NCBI GenBank assembly: GCA_018969935.1
Contig: JAGWXJ010000003.1
Span: forward strand, 1-35,674
From: Alphaproteobacteria bacterium
GTDB lineage: Bacteria; Pseudomonadota; Alphaproteobacteria; Micavibrionales; UBA1664
Reading direction: 5' to 3'
Length of the DNA stretch: 35,674 nucleotides
Below are positions 18,823 to 28,212 of the stretch, piece by piece. The first letter of the stretch is position 1. Each line of letters opens with the position of its first letter. The notes below the pieces were generated by a model. It did no database searches and was not told where the DNA came from. It saw only the letters and a list, made by a program, of their open reading frames with translations. Made by a program: the position numbers and the translations under genes.

Positions 18823-20331
18823 TTAGTCTTTCAATGGCTTCAGTGTGGGGAAGCAAATGACATCACGGATATTGGGTGAACCTGTCAAAATCATGGTCAG
18901 GCGGTCAACACCAAGCCCCCAGCCGCCGCATGGCGGCAGGCCGTACTCAAGGGCCGTCACGTAATCGGCATCCAGCATCTGCGCTTCCTCGTTACCAGCT
19001 TCGCGGGCCTTTACCTGTTCTTCAAAGCGGGCGTATTGGTCGGCAGGGTCGTTCAGCTCGGTAAACATATTCGCGATTTCCCAGCCGTTCACATACGTTT
19101 CCGTACGCTCCGTCAGGCGGGGGTTGTCGCGATGCACTTTTGCCAGCGGCGATATATCCAGCGGGAAGTCCGTCACATGCGTGGGCTGTATCAGCGTATC
19201 TTCCACCTTTTCTTCAAATACGGCTGCAACAACCTCACCCCACTTGGCGGTCGGTTCAACATGCACGCCCAGCTTCTTGGCAATCGCCCGCGCCTCGGCG
19301 GCATCGAAAATGGTCATGAAATCAATGCCCGTGGCATCCATCACCAGCCCGCACATGGATTTGCGCGGCCACTTGCCGCCTACGTTAATCGTGCGGTCGC
19401 CGTACTTGAATTCAAGCGCGCCGAATACCGTCTGCGCGATATGCTGCACAAGGCCTTCCGTCAGGTCCATCATATCGGAAACATCGGTATAGGCCTTGTA
19501 AAGCTCGGCGGATGTAAATTCAGGGTTGTGCTTGGGGCTGATGCCCTCGTTACGGAAGCAACGGTTGATTTCAAACACGCAATCAGCCAGACCACCAACC
19601 ACAAGGCGCTTGAGATACAGCTCGGGCGCTACACGCATGAAGAAATCGGTATCCAGCGTATTGTGATGCGTCACAAACGGCTTGGCCGTGGCGCCGCCAA
19701 GGATGGGGTGCAGCATCGGCGTTTCAACTTCAATCCCGCCCCATGTCTTTGTCAGGTACTCGCGCATGGCCGTCGTAATCAGGGAACGCTTGCGCAACGT
19801 ATCGCGGCTTTCCTCGTTCACAATCAGGTCCACGTAACGCTGGCGGTAGCGCTGCTCGATATCCGTAAGGCCGTGGTATTTTTCAGGAAGCGGCAGCAAA
19901 CACTTGGTCAAAAGCTGGACATGCGACACGCGCACCGATAGCTCACCGCGCGGCGTACGGCGGATTTTGCCCTTGGCCCCAATGATATCGCCGATATCAA
20001 GGGTATCGAGCTTCGCAAGTTCGTCCGCATTCATGCTGTCCTTGTGGCAAAACACCTGAATTTTGCCCGATGCGTCATGCAGGTCGATAAACATGCCGTT
20101 GTTGCGCATGGCCATGATACGGCCTGCCACCGATACTTCGTCTTCGGTTTCCGTGCCCGATGCCAGCTCGGCATACTTGGCCTGAAGCGCCCCCGCCTCA
20201 TGGGTACGGCCATAGGTATAGGCGTAGGGGTTGCCACCGGCATCACGCACGGCCTTCAGCTTGGCAAGGCGCGCGGCGCGCGGGTCGGTCAGGGTTTGGT
20301 CGGTTGCGGTCTTTTCAGCAGTTTTGGACAT
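18823..20331 (-). CDS. lysS: Class II lysyl-tRNA synthetase
   Basis: OB-fold anticodon domain (VAGRIM), [16 protein letters not shown], motif 2 [15 protein letters not shown], motif 3 GWGLGVDRL. Confidence 0.97.
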   Translation of the reverse strand: MSKTAEKTATDQTLTDPRAARLAKLKAVRDAGGNPYAYTYGRTHEAGALQAKYAELASGTETEDEVSVAGRIMAMRNNGMFIDLHDASGKIQVFCHKDSMNADELAKLDTLDIGDIIGAKGKIRRTPRGELSVRVSHVQLLTKCLLPLPEKYHGLTDIEQRYRQRYVDLIVNEESRDTLRKRSLITTAMREYLTKTWGGIEVETPMLHPILGGATAKPFVTHHNTLDTDFFMRVAPELYLKRLVVGGLADCVFEINRCFRNEGISPKHNPEFTSAELYKAYTDVSDMMDLTEGLVQHIAQTVFGALEFKYGDRTINVGGKWPRKSMCGLVMDATGIDFMTIFDAAEARAIAKKLGVHVEPTAKWGEVVAAVFEEKVEDTLIQPTHVTDFPLDISPLAKVHRDNPRLTERTETYVNGWEIANMFTELNDPADQYARFEEQVKAREAGNEEAQMLDADYVTALEYGLPPCGGWGLGVDRLTMILTGSPNIRDVICFPTLKPLKD

Positions 20332-20394
20332 GACATTTCACTAAGGTTCGAATAGACTTTGTGCTGTTTTATAACAAACACGGTGGGTCCGTCC

Positions 20395-21117
20395 ATGCTG
20401 AAACATGCTCAAAAGGGTAACGTTCTCTTTATTATCCTCATCGCGGTCGTATTGTTTGCGGCCCTGACATACGCGCTTTCCAGCTCAAACCGTGGCAATA
20501 CCACCATGGACCGCGAACGCGGGAGCATCAGCGCCACCGACTACCTGAGCTACGGCCAATCCATGGAAAAAATCGTAGCCCGCATGCTTTCCAACGATAT
20601 CTCGGAAAACGGCCTCAGCTTCGAAAACACCATCTGGAAGTTCTATGACGGCACGGACGTCATGGGCGCCAACGCCAACTGCACCTCATCGGCCTGCAAA
20701 ATCTTTGACCCCGCTGGCGGCGGTCAGGAACCCAAGCTGTTTGCGGCCCAAACCGTTGCATCCCCCGCCAATACGGATGTCCAGAGCGGGCATGGCGTTG
20801 TTTACGCCCTCAAAGTCACGGGCGTAGGCACCACAGCGCACGACCTTGTCATGATGATTGCCATTCTGGACAAAAACACCTGCATGCAAATCAACAACAC
20901 CCTTGGCGTTACCAACCCTTCCAATGCCCCACCGGCTGACTCATGGTCGGGCGCCACGCGTTACACCGGCGCCTTCACCGGCCCCAATGACGCAACGGAC
21001 GAGATTGGCGACGTAGCCACAGCCATCCAGCGCAAAACGGCTGGTTGCATCACCCGCTCGGGCGGCGCTTACGGCTCGGCCGACAACTACTACTATCAGG
21101 TGCTTTACGCCCGCTAA
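20395..21117 (+). CDS. Pilin-like protein with atypical prepilin N-terminus
   Basis: QKG|NVLFIILIAVVLFAALTYA hydrophobic helix; four Cys in the globular part. Confidence 0.75.
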   Translation: MLKHAQKGNVLFIILIAVVLFAALTYALSSSNRGNTTMDRERGSISATDYLSYGQSMEKIVARMLSNDISENGLSFENTIWKFYDGTDVMGANANCTSSACKIFDPAGGGQEPKLFAAQTVASPANTDVQSGHGVVYALKVTGVGTTAHDLVMMIAILDKNTCMQINNTLGVTNPSNAPPADSWSGATRYTGAFTGPNDATDEIGDVATAIQRKTAGCITRSGGAYGSADNYYYQVLYAR

Positions 21118-21860
21118 TCCTTGGGTACGCGGGCTATGGCCAGCACATCCACCGCGGCGGCCCCTGCCTTGTAAAGGGCATCGGCGCAGGCATTCAGCGT
21201 TGCGCCTGTCGTAAACACATCATCAACCAGCAAGACTGTTTTACCTGCAATTTGGCCCACGCGCGCAGGATTGACGCGGAATGCCCCGCGTACATTCTTA
21301 TCCCTCTCCTTACGGCTTAAGCTGCCTTGAGGTACTGTCCGCTTGATACGCTCAAGGGCATCCACACACACGGGCCGCCCCAGCCGCTGCGCCAAGAGGG
21401 CTGACTGGTTGTACCGCCGCCGCAACAGCCTGAAACGATGCAACGGCACGGGCACCAGCACGTCTGCCTCGGCCAGCACATCGGCCCCCGCCTCCCGCAT
21501 CCAGGGCACAAATGCCCGTACGGCCTGCAACTGGTCACCCGATTTGTAGCGAAGGATGATCTTGCGGCTCGCATCATCATAAATCAGGGCCGCCCGCGCG
21601 CGCCTGAAGGTAGGTGGATATTCCATGCACGCGGCACATATCAGCCCCTCCGGCTGCACCCCGCCCAAATCATGGGGGAAAGGCAAGGCGCACTGGCTGC
21701 AATAGGGCTTGCGGATAAACCTGAGGGAAGCCCAGTAATCATAGGCCACGGTGCCATGGGCATCAACCTCCTGCCCTGTTGCAGGGCACAAGGGCGGAAG
21801 CAGCCAATCAAGCCCGTTTTGGGCCAGTTTCAGGATGTTTTTGGCAAGTGCGGCAGGCAT
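21114..21860 (-). CDS. comF: ComF family protein (zinc ribbon plus PRTase domain)
   Basis: PPLCP, CSQCALP, CAAC, PVPLH, RRYNQS, LLVDDVFTTGATL. Confidence 0.95.
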   Translation of the reverse strand: MPAALAKNILKLAQNGLDWLLPPLCPATGQEVDAHGTVAYDYWASLRFIRKPYCSQCALPFPHDLGGVQPEGLICAACMEYPPTFRRARAALIYDDASRKIILRYKSGDQLQAVRAFVPWMREAGADVLAEADVLVPVPLHRFRLLRRRYNQSALLAQRLGRPVCVDALERIKRTVPQGSLSRKERDKNVRGAFRVNPARVGQIAGKTVLLVDDVFTTGATLNACADALYKAGAAAVDVLAIARVPKD

Positions 21861-21882
21861 GGTCTATATCTATGCATACCAG

Positions 21883-24345
21883 ATGACCACGATGGACGAA
21901 ACACCCGCGCAACAAGCCGAGGACAGCTTTTTGAAAAGCCTGCCCCACGAAGTCGTGCTGCGCGCAAAATACATCGTATCCCACCTGCTGTTGCCTGAAG
22001 GCGCAACTGTCCTTGACCTCCAGTGCGATACGGGCGCCCTAACAGCCGCCATGGCGTATCTAAACCCCCGCCTCAACTTCATAGGTTTGGACCGTAACCG
22101 CCAACTGATCATGCGCGCCCGCGCACGGTTCAAAACGGCGCAACTTGATAACCTCGGCTTTGAAGTAGGCGATGCCCTGAACCTGCGCCGCGCTGATGAT
22201 AGCGTGGACGCCATCGTCGCTTCCAATCTGTTGGGCGATATCTACAGCCGCGGCAATTACGATGAAACCCGCATCGCCGACATGATGGGCAGGCTTTTCA
22301 AGCTTCTAAAAGCCGACGGCCTCATGGTCATCCACGATTACGCCATGCCCGAGGCGGACGAATACGTGCAAATCGAGTTCCCTGTCCCCATCCGCGACCC
22401 GCGGCATTTCAGGCTCTACGGCACCCCCATCGGCAAAACGCAAGGCGAGCGCGAAATCGAATTGCTGCAATGGTTCTCGGAAAACGCAAGCGCGCGTGAC
22501 GCCGTTAAAGGATTTTACCTTGAGGAATTGCCGCCCCATGTACCCTACACGCGCTGCTTCCGCCTGCCTGCCAAATGGGCCTACGAATTCATCATCCGCA
22601 AACAGAACATCCGCAAATTCAAAGCCAATATCGGCCACCAGCACACCTGCCTGACGGAAGCCGATTACGACCGCGTGCTTGGGCGTAACATAGGCGCGCG
22701 CATCCTGCTTACGGCCCCGCAGCGCCAGCCCCACATCACGCGCTCGCATTACGATGGCGCATTCAGGCTGTATACGGCAGAAGGCAAGGCACGCGGCTAT
22801 ATGCCAACAGGGCATATTGTTGTCGCACAAAAAATCCAGCAGGGCCGCCCCTTGCGCCTTGAGGAACTGCGCCCCTCTTCCCACGCCGCGCAATCCATCA
22901 GCATCCAGACAGTGCGCGACGAAAAGAACGGCGAGGTAGCCGATGTTGTCAGCCGCGTAACCCCGCGCGTTGAAATCATCCCCTACTTCATGGCCACCAA
23001 CGGTAGCCTGAAGGTGATATTGCAGGCGGAGGCCGAAAAGGGCATCGCCAACCTGACACCGCGCACGCGCAATAACCTTGATGGCAAACGCTGGTCCGGC
23101 CACATGGTATGTGCACCATCCCTTCCCGTTTACGAACTCGAAGGATTTGACCACGCAAGTTTGGGCGCCATCGCCCGCCTGATGATCCAGAAATTCGGCC
23201 TCACACCGCAGCACGGCAAAGGCTTTGAAGACGGCCTCAAGGGTTATCCATCCCCCGCCATGATCGATGAACGGATGGATACGATATACATCAACGTCCA
23301 GCCACCTATGGCCTTGGGCCCGCGCGCAACCAGCCCCTTCGATGAACTGCGCCTTAAGGTCTACGACGCCGAGGATGTGTTGCGTGCTACGGGCGCAGGC
23401 TTTATTCCCAATGCCTGGCTGGATATCCAGCTACAGGACCTCATGAAGCGCAACGGCCTGAAACCCAAGCCATGGCTGCACGAGGCCGTCCCCCTTTCCT
23501 ACGACCCTCCGCCCGAAGACCAGATGTTAAGGGCAGCGAAAATCCTGAAGCAGAAACCGAAGAAGCCGGAAAAACCATCCGCCAGCAAATGGGCCCCGCC
23601 CGAAAAATGGCCGGTACGCGCAGGCTCCTTCAAACCCATCCGCGGGCATGCGGGGCAGGTCACGGCCCATCGTTCGTCCTTCGTTGAACGCGGACAAAAA
23701 GACGGCGTGGTAAGGGGCCTTGCCGCCCACGACCTCGAATTCGCAAACCCGCAGGCCGACATGCAGAACATCGCGGCCATTATGCCTCTCACCGAGGATT
23801 TTCAAGGCAACACGCTGGTCGGTTTTGAATACAAGGAATTGCCAGTCCCAAGCCGCTTCGGGCAGGAAGGCCCGATGATGAACCTGCCAACCCTGCCCCT
23901 GCCAGCCAGCGTCACGAATATCGATGAAGCCCGCGCTTATATCGCCGAACAATTCGATGTCGAACTCGCGCGCGTAGCGCCGATGGGCGAGAGCTTCTTC
24001 ACGATGGTGGACCTGATGCCCCAGCGTGTTTATCCCTTTATGCTCACACGCTATCCGCGCCGCCGCAATTTAAGTATGAAGTTCAGAAACCTCTACGATA
24101 TCCTTGACCTCACGGACACGGATTTCGCCGACAGCTTCCTCTGGAAATGGGGCCTCGCCCACGCCTATCTGTGTCAGGAAACAGCGCACCAGAGCAACTG
24201 GGCCCCAAGGGCCGAAGCCCATCAGCGCGTGTTTGGCAAAAACGCAGCAAAATGGGAAAGCGCAAGCGCCAGCTGGTACAAGACCAGAAGCGCAAACGAT
24301 AAAAAGCGCATGGCATCAAACGCCCCTCGCCGCAGGCACGAATGA
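21883..24345 (+). CDS. Large class I SAM-methyltransferase-domain protein with two degenerate Nudix-like C-terminal regions
   Basis: VLDLQCDTG (degenerate motif I), FIGLD, VGDA, SVDAIV, LKADG; later YPSPAMIDE and ESFFTMVDLMPQRVYPF segments. Start 21883 or 21892. Confidence 0.8.
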   Translation: MTTMDETPAQQAEDSFLKSLPHEVVLRAKYIVSHLLLPEGATVLDLQCDTGALTAAMAYLNPRLNFIGLDRNRQLIMRARARFKTAQLDNLGFEVGDALNLRRADDSVDAIVASNLLGDIYSRGNYDETRIADMMGRLFKLLKADGLMVIHDYAMPEADEYVQIEFPVPIRDPRHFRLYGTPIGKTQGEREIELLQWFSENASARDAVKGFYLEELPPHVPYTRCFRLPAKWAYEFIIRKQNIRKFKANIGHQHTCLTEADYDRVLGRNIGARILLTAPQRQPHITRSHYDGAFRLYTAEGKARGYMPTGHIVVAQKIQQGRPLRLEELRPSSHAAQSISIQTVRDEKNGEVADVVSRVTPRVEIIPYFMATNGSLKVILQAEAEKGIANLTPRTRNNLDGKRWSGHMVCAPSLPVYELEGFDHASLGAIARLMIQKFGLTPQHGKGFEDGLKGYPSPAMIDERMDTIYINVQPPMALGPRATSPFDELRLKVYDAEDVLRATGAGFIPNAWLDIQLQDLMKRNGLKPKPWLHEAVPLSYDPPPEDQMLRAAKILKQKPKKPEKPSASKWAPPEKWPVRAGSFKPIRGHAGQVTAHRSSFVERGQKDGVVRGLAAHDLEFANPQADMQNIAAIMPLTEDFQGNTLVGFEYKELPVPSRFGQEGPMMNLPTLPLPASVTNIDEARAYIAEQFDVELARVAPMGESFFTMVDLMPQRVYPFMLTRYPRRRNLSMKFRNLYDILDLTDTDFADSFLWKWGLAHAYLCQETAHQSNWAPRAEAHQRVFGKNAAKWESASASWYKTRSANDKKRMASNAPRRRHE

Positions 24346-24370
24346 AAAAGGCGGGCCATGCCCGCCTTTT
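24346..24370. terminator. Bidirectional intrinsic terminator
   Basis: AAAAGGCGGGC-CAT-GCCCGCCTTTT between convergent genes. Confidence 0.9.
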
Positions 24371-24389
24371 GAATTTATGACCGCGTAAT

Positions 24390-24677
24390 TTAGTGGCCTT
24401 CCTTGCATTTACCGCAGCATTTATCGCCTTCACCGCATTTGGTTTCCTGCAACATGCCCATCAACTGGTCCTTGATATGGACGCGGCGCTGCTTGAGGTC
24501 CTTCTCGATATCATCGGACGTGGCACCGCCGCCATTCTCGATTTTCTCGATCTCTTTTGTAAGCACATGGTAAGCTTCCATCAGCTTCTCGAAATGCGTG
24601 TTGGATACCTTGAGTGCATGGATGGCATCCTTGTACTCCGGTAAATCGTTGACCAAAGCGTGGTGTTCTACTGTCAT
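24390..24677 (-). CDS. DUF465/YdcH-like coiled-coil protein with Cys-rich tail
   Basis: HALVNDLPEYKDAIHALK..HF..L...YH....EI...E...LKQRRVHIKDQL; AAGGAG RBS; tail KCGEGDKCCGKCKEGH. Confidence 0.85.
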   Translation of the reverse strand: MTVEHHALVNDLPEYKDAIHALKVSNTHFEKLMEAYHVLTKEIEKIENGGGATSDDIEKDLKQRRVHIKDQLMGMLQETKCGEGDKCCGKCKEGH

Positions 24678-24787
24678 GGTAACTCCTTTGTTTCAGCTCC
24701 AAGCCTAGCAATCACGCCAAAATGCGCTTTGATGAAAGTCAACAATCCGTCATTTGCGTAAACCCTGAATCCCGCTAGGTTAGGCCC

Positions 24788-27580
24788 ATGCAACCAAAAC
24801 TGCCCTATGCAACGGCCTTGGCCGTCCAGTCCGGCCAGTGGGCCGCCCTGACCCCCGATGGCGAACTGCTGTCCGGCCCGCTGGCCGATGCATCGGCATT
24901 GCCCGCAAACGCGCCGGTAATGCTGTGCCATGCGCCCTTTGTGGCCACACGCGTGGCCCTGAATGTGCCCACCATCGACGTGCTGGAACTCTTTGCCTTC
25001 GTAAAACCCGCCCGATTTTGCGTCCCGACCATCGGCGGGCTGGCGCAAGCGTTGGGCCACCCTATCCCCCAATCAGCCGAAGACGCAGCCATGTTGCTGC
25101 CCACCCTTGCGGGCGAACTGCTGGTACATCTGCAAACAGGCACGCCCGAAAGCGCGCGCCCCCAAATCATCGCGCTGGCGGAAGCCATGGGCCAGCAAGG
25201 CCAGGGATGGGGCTGGAGCCAATGGATCATCGAAGCTTTGGGCAGCACCTACGACCCCAATAAAATCACCCGCTCGCGCGATGTGCTGGCCGCATGGGAA
25301 ACCCTGCCCGAATGGGCCGATGAAGCACCACCCACCCCGGCGTCTTCCTATGGAATCACGGGCGAGGAAGCGCGTGACCACCTCCGCGATCTGGTGACGC
25401 GCCGCCGCGGCTTTGGCCGCGCTGGCGAAGGCCGTACCGCACAGGAAAATTATACCACCCGCATCATCCCCGCCTTTGCCCCCCGCGAGCAGGAGGGCGA
25501 ACCGAATGTCGTAACCGCCGAGGCCGGCACAGGCGTAGGCAAAACACTGGGCTACCTTGCCCCCGCGCATCTGTGGGCCGAAAGAAACGAAGGCACGGTC
25601 TGGGTCGCGACCTACACCCGCAACCTGCAAAGGCAAATCGATTCCGAACTGGAAATCCTGTACCCCAACGCCGAGGAACGCGCGCGCAAGGCCGTCATCA
25701 GAAAAGGGCGGGAAAACTATTTATGCCTCCTCAACTTCGATGATCTGGTCGCAGCCACCCAAACCGCGCGTGACCCGCGCACGGTCATTGCGGCAGGCAT
25801 CATGGCGCGCTGGGTTGCCGCCACCAAGGACGGCGACCTTACAGGCAATGATTTCCCCGGCTGGCTCGAAGGCCTCCTGAAATTCGAACACACGACAGGC
25901 TTGGCCGACAGGCGCGGCGAATGCATTTACGCCGCCTGCGCGCACTACAAAAAATGCTACATCGAGCGCGCACAACGCAAAGCCAACCGGGCCCATATTG
26001 TTGTCGCAAACCATGCCCTTGCACTCTCTACGCTGGCACAGGCGGAAGCAGGCGACACCCTGCCCACACGCTACATATTCGATGAAGGGCACCACCTGTT
26101 TGATGCTGCCGACAGCATGTTCGGCATCCACTTGACCGGGCTTGAAGGGGCCGAACTGCGCCGCTGGATTCTGGGTCCTGAGGACGGCAGCGGCCCCCGC
26201 CGGGCGCGCCGCGCCAAGGGCCTGAAAAAACGGATGGAAGGCTTGGTGCTCGAAACCGATGACACGGCAAAACTGATTGAACAGGCCGTGATGGCTGCCC
26301 GCGTTTTGCCCGCACCCAACTGGAAACGAAATTTCAACAGCGACACACCGCAAGGCCCTATCGAGGCGTTTTTGCAGGCCATCTACCATCAGGTAAAGGC
26401 ACACGCTAAAGACGCGCAATCCAGCTGGTCGCTGGAATGCGATATCCATCCGCTAAACCCCGATGTGATTGTAAAGGCGGACGAATGCGTATCGGCACTC
26501 AAAAACCTTCATCGCCCGCTATTTGCACTATCCCGCAACCTGCGCGAAAAGCTGGACACCGACGCCGACCTCATGAATGCGGAAACGCGCATGCGCCTCG
26601 GTTCACTGGCAACCGGCCTTGAACGCAGGGCCACCCGTGTTGTCGCCGCATGGATAGCCATGCTTGAAAACCTCAGGGAGGAAACCCCGCCCGCCTTCAT
26701 CGACTGGTTTGCAATAGAACGCAACGATGGCCGCGATTACGATGTTGGCTACTACCGCCACTATCTGGACCCCGCCATCCCCTTCGGCACCGAGCTACGT
26801 CCGCATGCCCACGGCGTACTTGTAACGTCGGCCACGCTCAAGTCATCCCGCGCCGATGACGAGCGCGCATGGATGGAAGCCGACCGCATGACAGGCATGG
26901 AAGCATTAAGCCCGCTGGCACCCGTGCGCGTGGGCATCCAATCCCCCTTCAAATACGCCGAGCAAACGCGCGTGCTGGTCGTAAACGACATCCGAAAAGA
27001 CGATATAGCCCGCATGACCAAAGCCTACGGCAGCCTTTTCAAAGCATCGCACGGCGGTGCACTGGGCCTGTTCACGGCCATCCACCGCCTGCGCATGGTC
27101 CACGAAAAACTGGCCCCCGCACTGGAAGCCCAAAACATTCCTATTTACGCGCAGCACATCGATAACATCGGCATAGGCACCCTCGTTGATATTTTCAGGG
27201 CCGAGGAAGATGCCTGCCTGTTAGGTACCGATGCCGTGCGTGACGGTGTCGACGTACCTGGCCGCAGCCTGCGCCTCATAGTCTTTGACCGCGTGCCTTG
27301 GCCACGCCCAACCATAATGCACCGCGCCCGCAAGCAAGCCATGGGCGGCAAATCCTACGAAGAGTCCCTAACGCGCATGAAGCTGCGCCAGGCCTATGGC
27401 CGTCTGGTACGCAGCCCAACCGACCACGGGGTATTCGTACTGCTGGACAGCGGCTTCCCCAGCCGCCTTGAGGATAGCTTCCCCGAAGGCGTCGCAGTCC
27501 AACGCGTACCGCTTGATGAAGCCATCCACATCACGCGTTCCTTCTTCACCCGCCCCGAGGAACAGGAAAAAGTTGCCTGA
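24788..27580 (+). CDS. DinG family ATP-dependent helicase (Fe-S)
   Basis: AEAGTGVGKT Walker A, KGRENYLC, ECIYAACAHYKKC Fe-S Cys, VVANHAL, DEGH, TSATL, DGVDVPG, QAYGRLVR. Confidence 0.95.
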   Translation: MQPKLPYATALAVQSGQWAALTPDGELLSGPLADASALPANAPVMLCHAPFVATRVALNVPTIDVLELFAFVKPARFCVPTIGGLAQALGHPIPQSAEDAAMLLPTLAGELLVHLQTGTPESARPQIIALAEAMGQQGQGWGWSQWIIEALGSTYDPNKITRSRDVLAAWETLPEWADEAPPTPASSYGITGEEARDHLRDLVTRRRGFGRAGEGRTAQENYTTRIIPAFAPREQEGEPNVVTAEAGTGVGKTLGYLAPAHLWAERNEGTVWVATYTRNLQRQIDSELEILYPNAEERARKAVIRKGRENYLCLLNFDDLVAATQTARDPRTVIAAGIMARWVAATKDGDLTGNDFPGWLEGLLKFEHTTGLADRRGECIYAACAHYKKCYIERAQRKANRAHIVVANHALALSTLAQAEAGDTLPTRYIFDEGHHLFDAADSMFGIHLTGLEGAELRRWILGPEDGSGPRRARRAKGLKKRMEGLVLETDDTAKLIEQAVMAARVLPAPNWKRNFNSDTPQGPIEAFLQAIYHQVKAHAKDAQSSWSLECDIHPLNPDVIVKADECVSALKNLHRPLFALSRNLREKLDTDADLMNAETRMRLGSLATGLERRATRVVAAWIAMLENLREETPPAFIDWFAIERNDGRDYDVGYYRHYLDPAIPFGTELRPHAHGVLVTSATLKSSRADDERAWMEADRMTGMEALSPLAPVRVGIQSPFKYAEQTRVLVVNDIRKDDIARMTKAYGSLFKASHGGALGLFTAIHRLRMVHEKLAPALEAQNIPIYAQHIDNIGIGTLVDIFRAEEDACLLGTDAVRDGVDVPGRSLRLIVFDRVPWPRPTIMHRARKQAMGGKSYEESLTRMKLRQAYGRLVRSPTDHGVFVLLDSGFPSRLEDSFPEGVAVQRVPLDEAIHITRSFFTRPEEQEKVA

Positions 27581-27587
27581 TTGAATT

Positions 27588-27827
27588 TTGGCGCAATCGC
27601 AAAACATACGTACCAACCGCATCGTCATCTGGCACGGCATGAACAACCGCGGCAAACCTGCCATCGCCTACATCAACGATGATGGCGCCGCCATAGTTGA
27701 TATTTTCAACATGCGCGGTTCTGTTTCGGAAGTGGCGGCAATGGTTGAATCCCGCTATCCGAAGGGCCTCGCGCGCCGCGGAATATTTGAGAAATTCACA
27801 ACTCTCTACAGCTTGATGCCGCGCTGA
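27588..27827 (+). CDS. Small hypothetical protein
   Basis: 79-aa ORF with TTG start 7 nt after the helicase stop; host-like codon usage. Confidence 0.5.
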   Translation: MAQSQNIRTNRIVIWHGMNNRGKPAIAYINDDGAAIVDIFNMRGSVSEVAAMVESRYPKGLARRGIFEKFTTLYSLMPR

Positions 27828-28005
27828 AATACGCGTGTAAAAAATCACGCTGCCACTAAAAAACCGTTTGCGAACCCCAGCAACTTGCCTCAAAATTTTT
27901 GAGTCGGGACAATCGTTCCGAAGCCTCAAAAAACTCTTGCATTCAATTTCAAAAAACGCTTTTTTCTCTGCCGCAGAAAGCCAGAGCCGTGAAAGGAGAA
28001 ACGTG

Positions 28006-28158
28006 ATGTTTGGTCTATCGCTCAAAATTACGGAGTTTTTCCCCGGTGATCTCACGGCTATCTTCGGCAACAAATGGCTTTGCCCCCAGCAGGAAACCGA
28101 AAAGTACAAAACCTACGGTGATTGCTACACCTGCCCCGGCACGCTGACGTTCAGCTGA
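28006..28158 (+). CDS. 50-aa small protein with CxxC
   Basis: AAGGAG (27993-27998) 7 nt before ATG; MFGLSLKITEFFPGDLTAIFGNKWLCPQQETEKYKTYGDCYTCPGTLTFS. Confidence 0.55.
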   Translation: MFGLSLKITEFFPGDLTAIFGNKWLCPQQETEKYKTYGDCYTCPGTLTFS

Positions 28159-28212
28159 ACCACCGCTTCAAAAAAATTGCATCTGGAAACCGTTAGCCCT
28201 AACTATGCGCTA

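Noticed and set aside
1476-21860. cinA-like, radC, comF and the pilin-like gene as a competence island
   Set aside because: They are scattered among housekeeping genes in ordinary contexts, with no shared regulatory motif seen.
21751-21882. ORF-track N-terminal extensions (also 30314, 32735, 34693, 2321, 8065, 8081, 8968, 27868)
   Set aside because: They overlap neighbouring genes, terminators or promoters; downstream ATGs fit RBS/-10 positions and family N-termini better.
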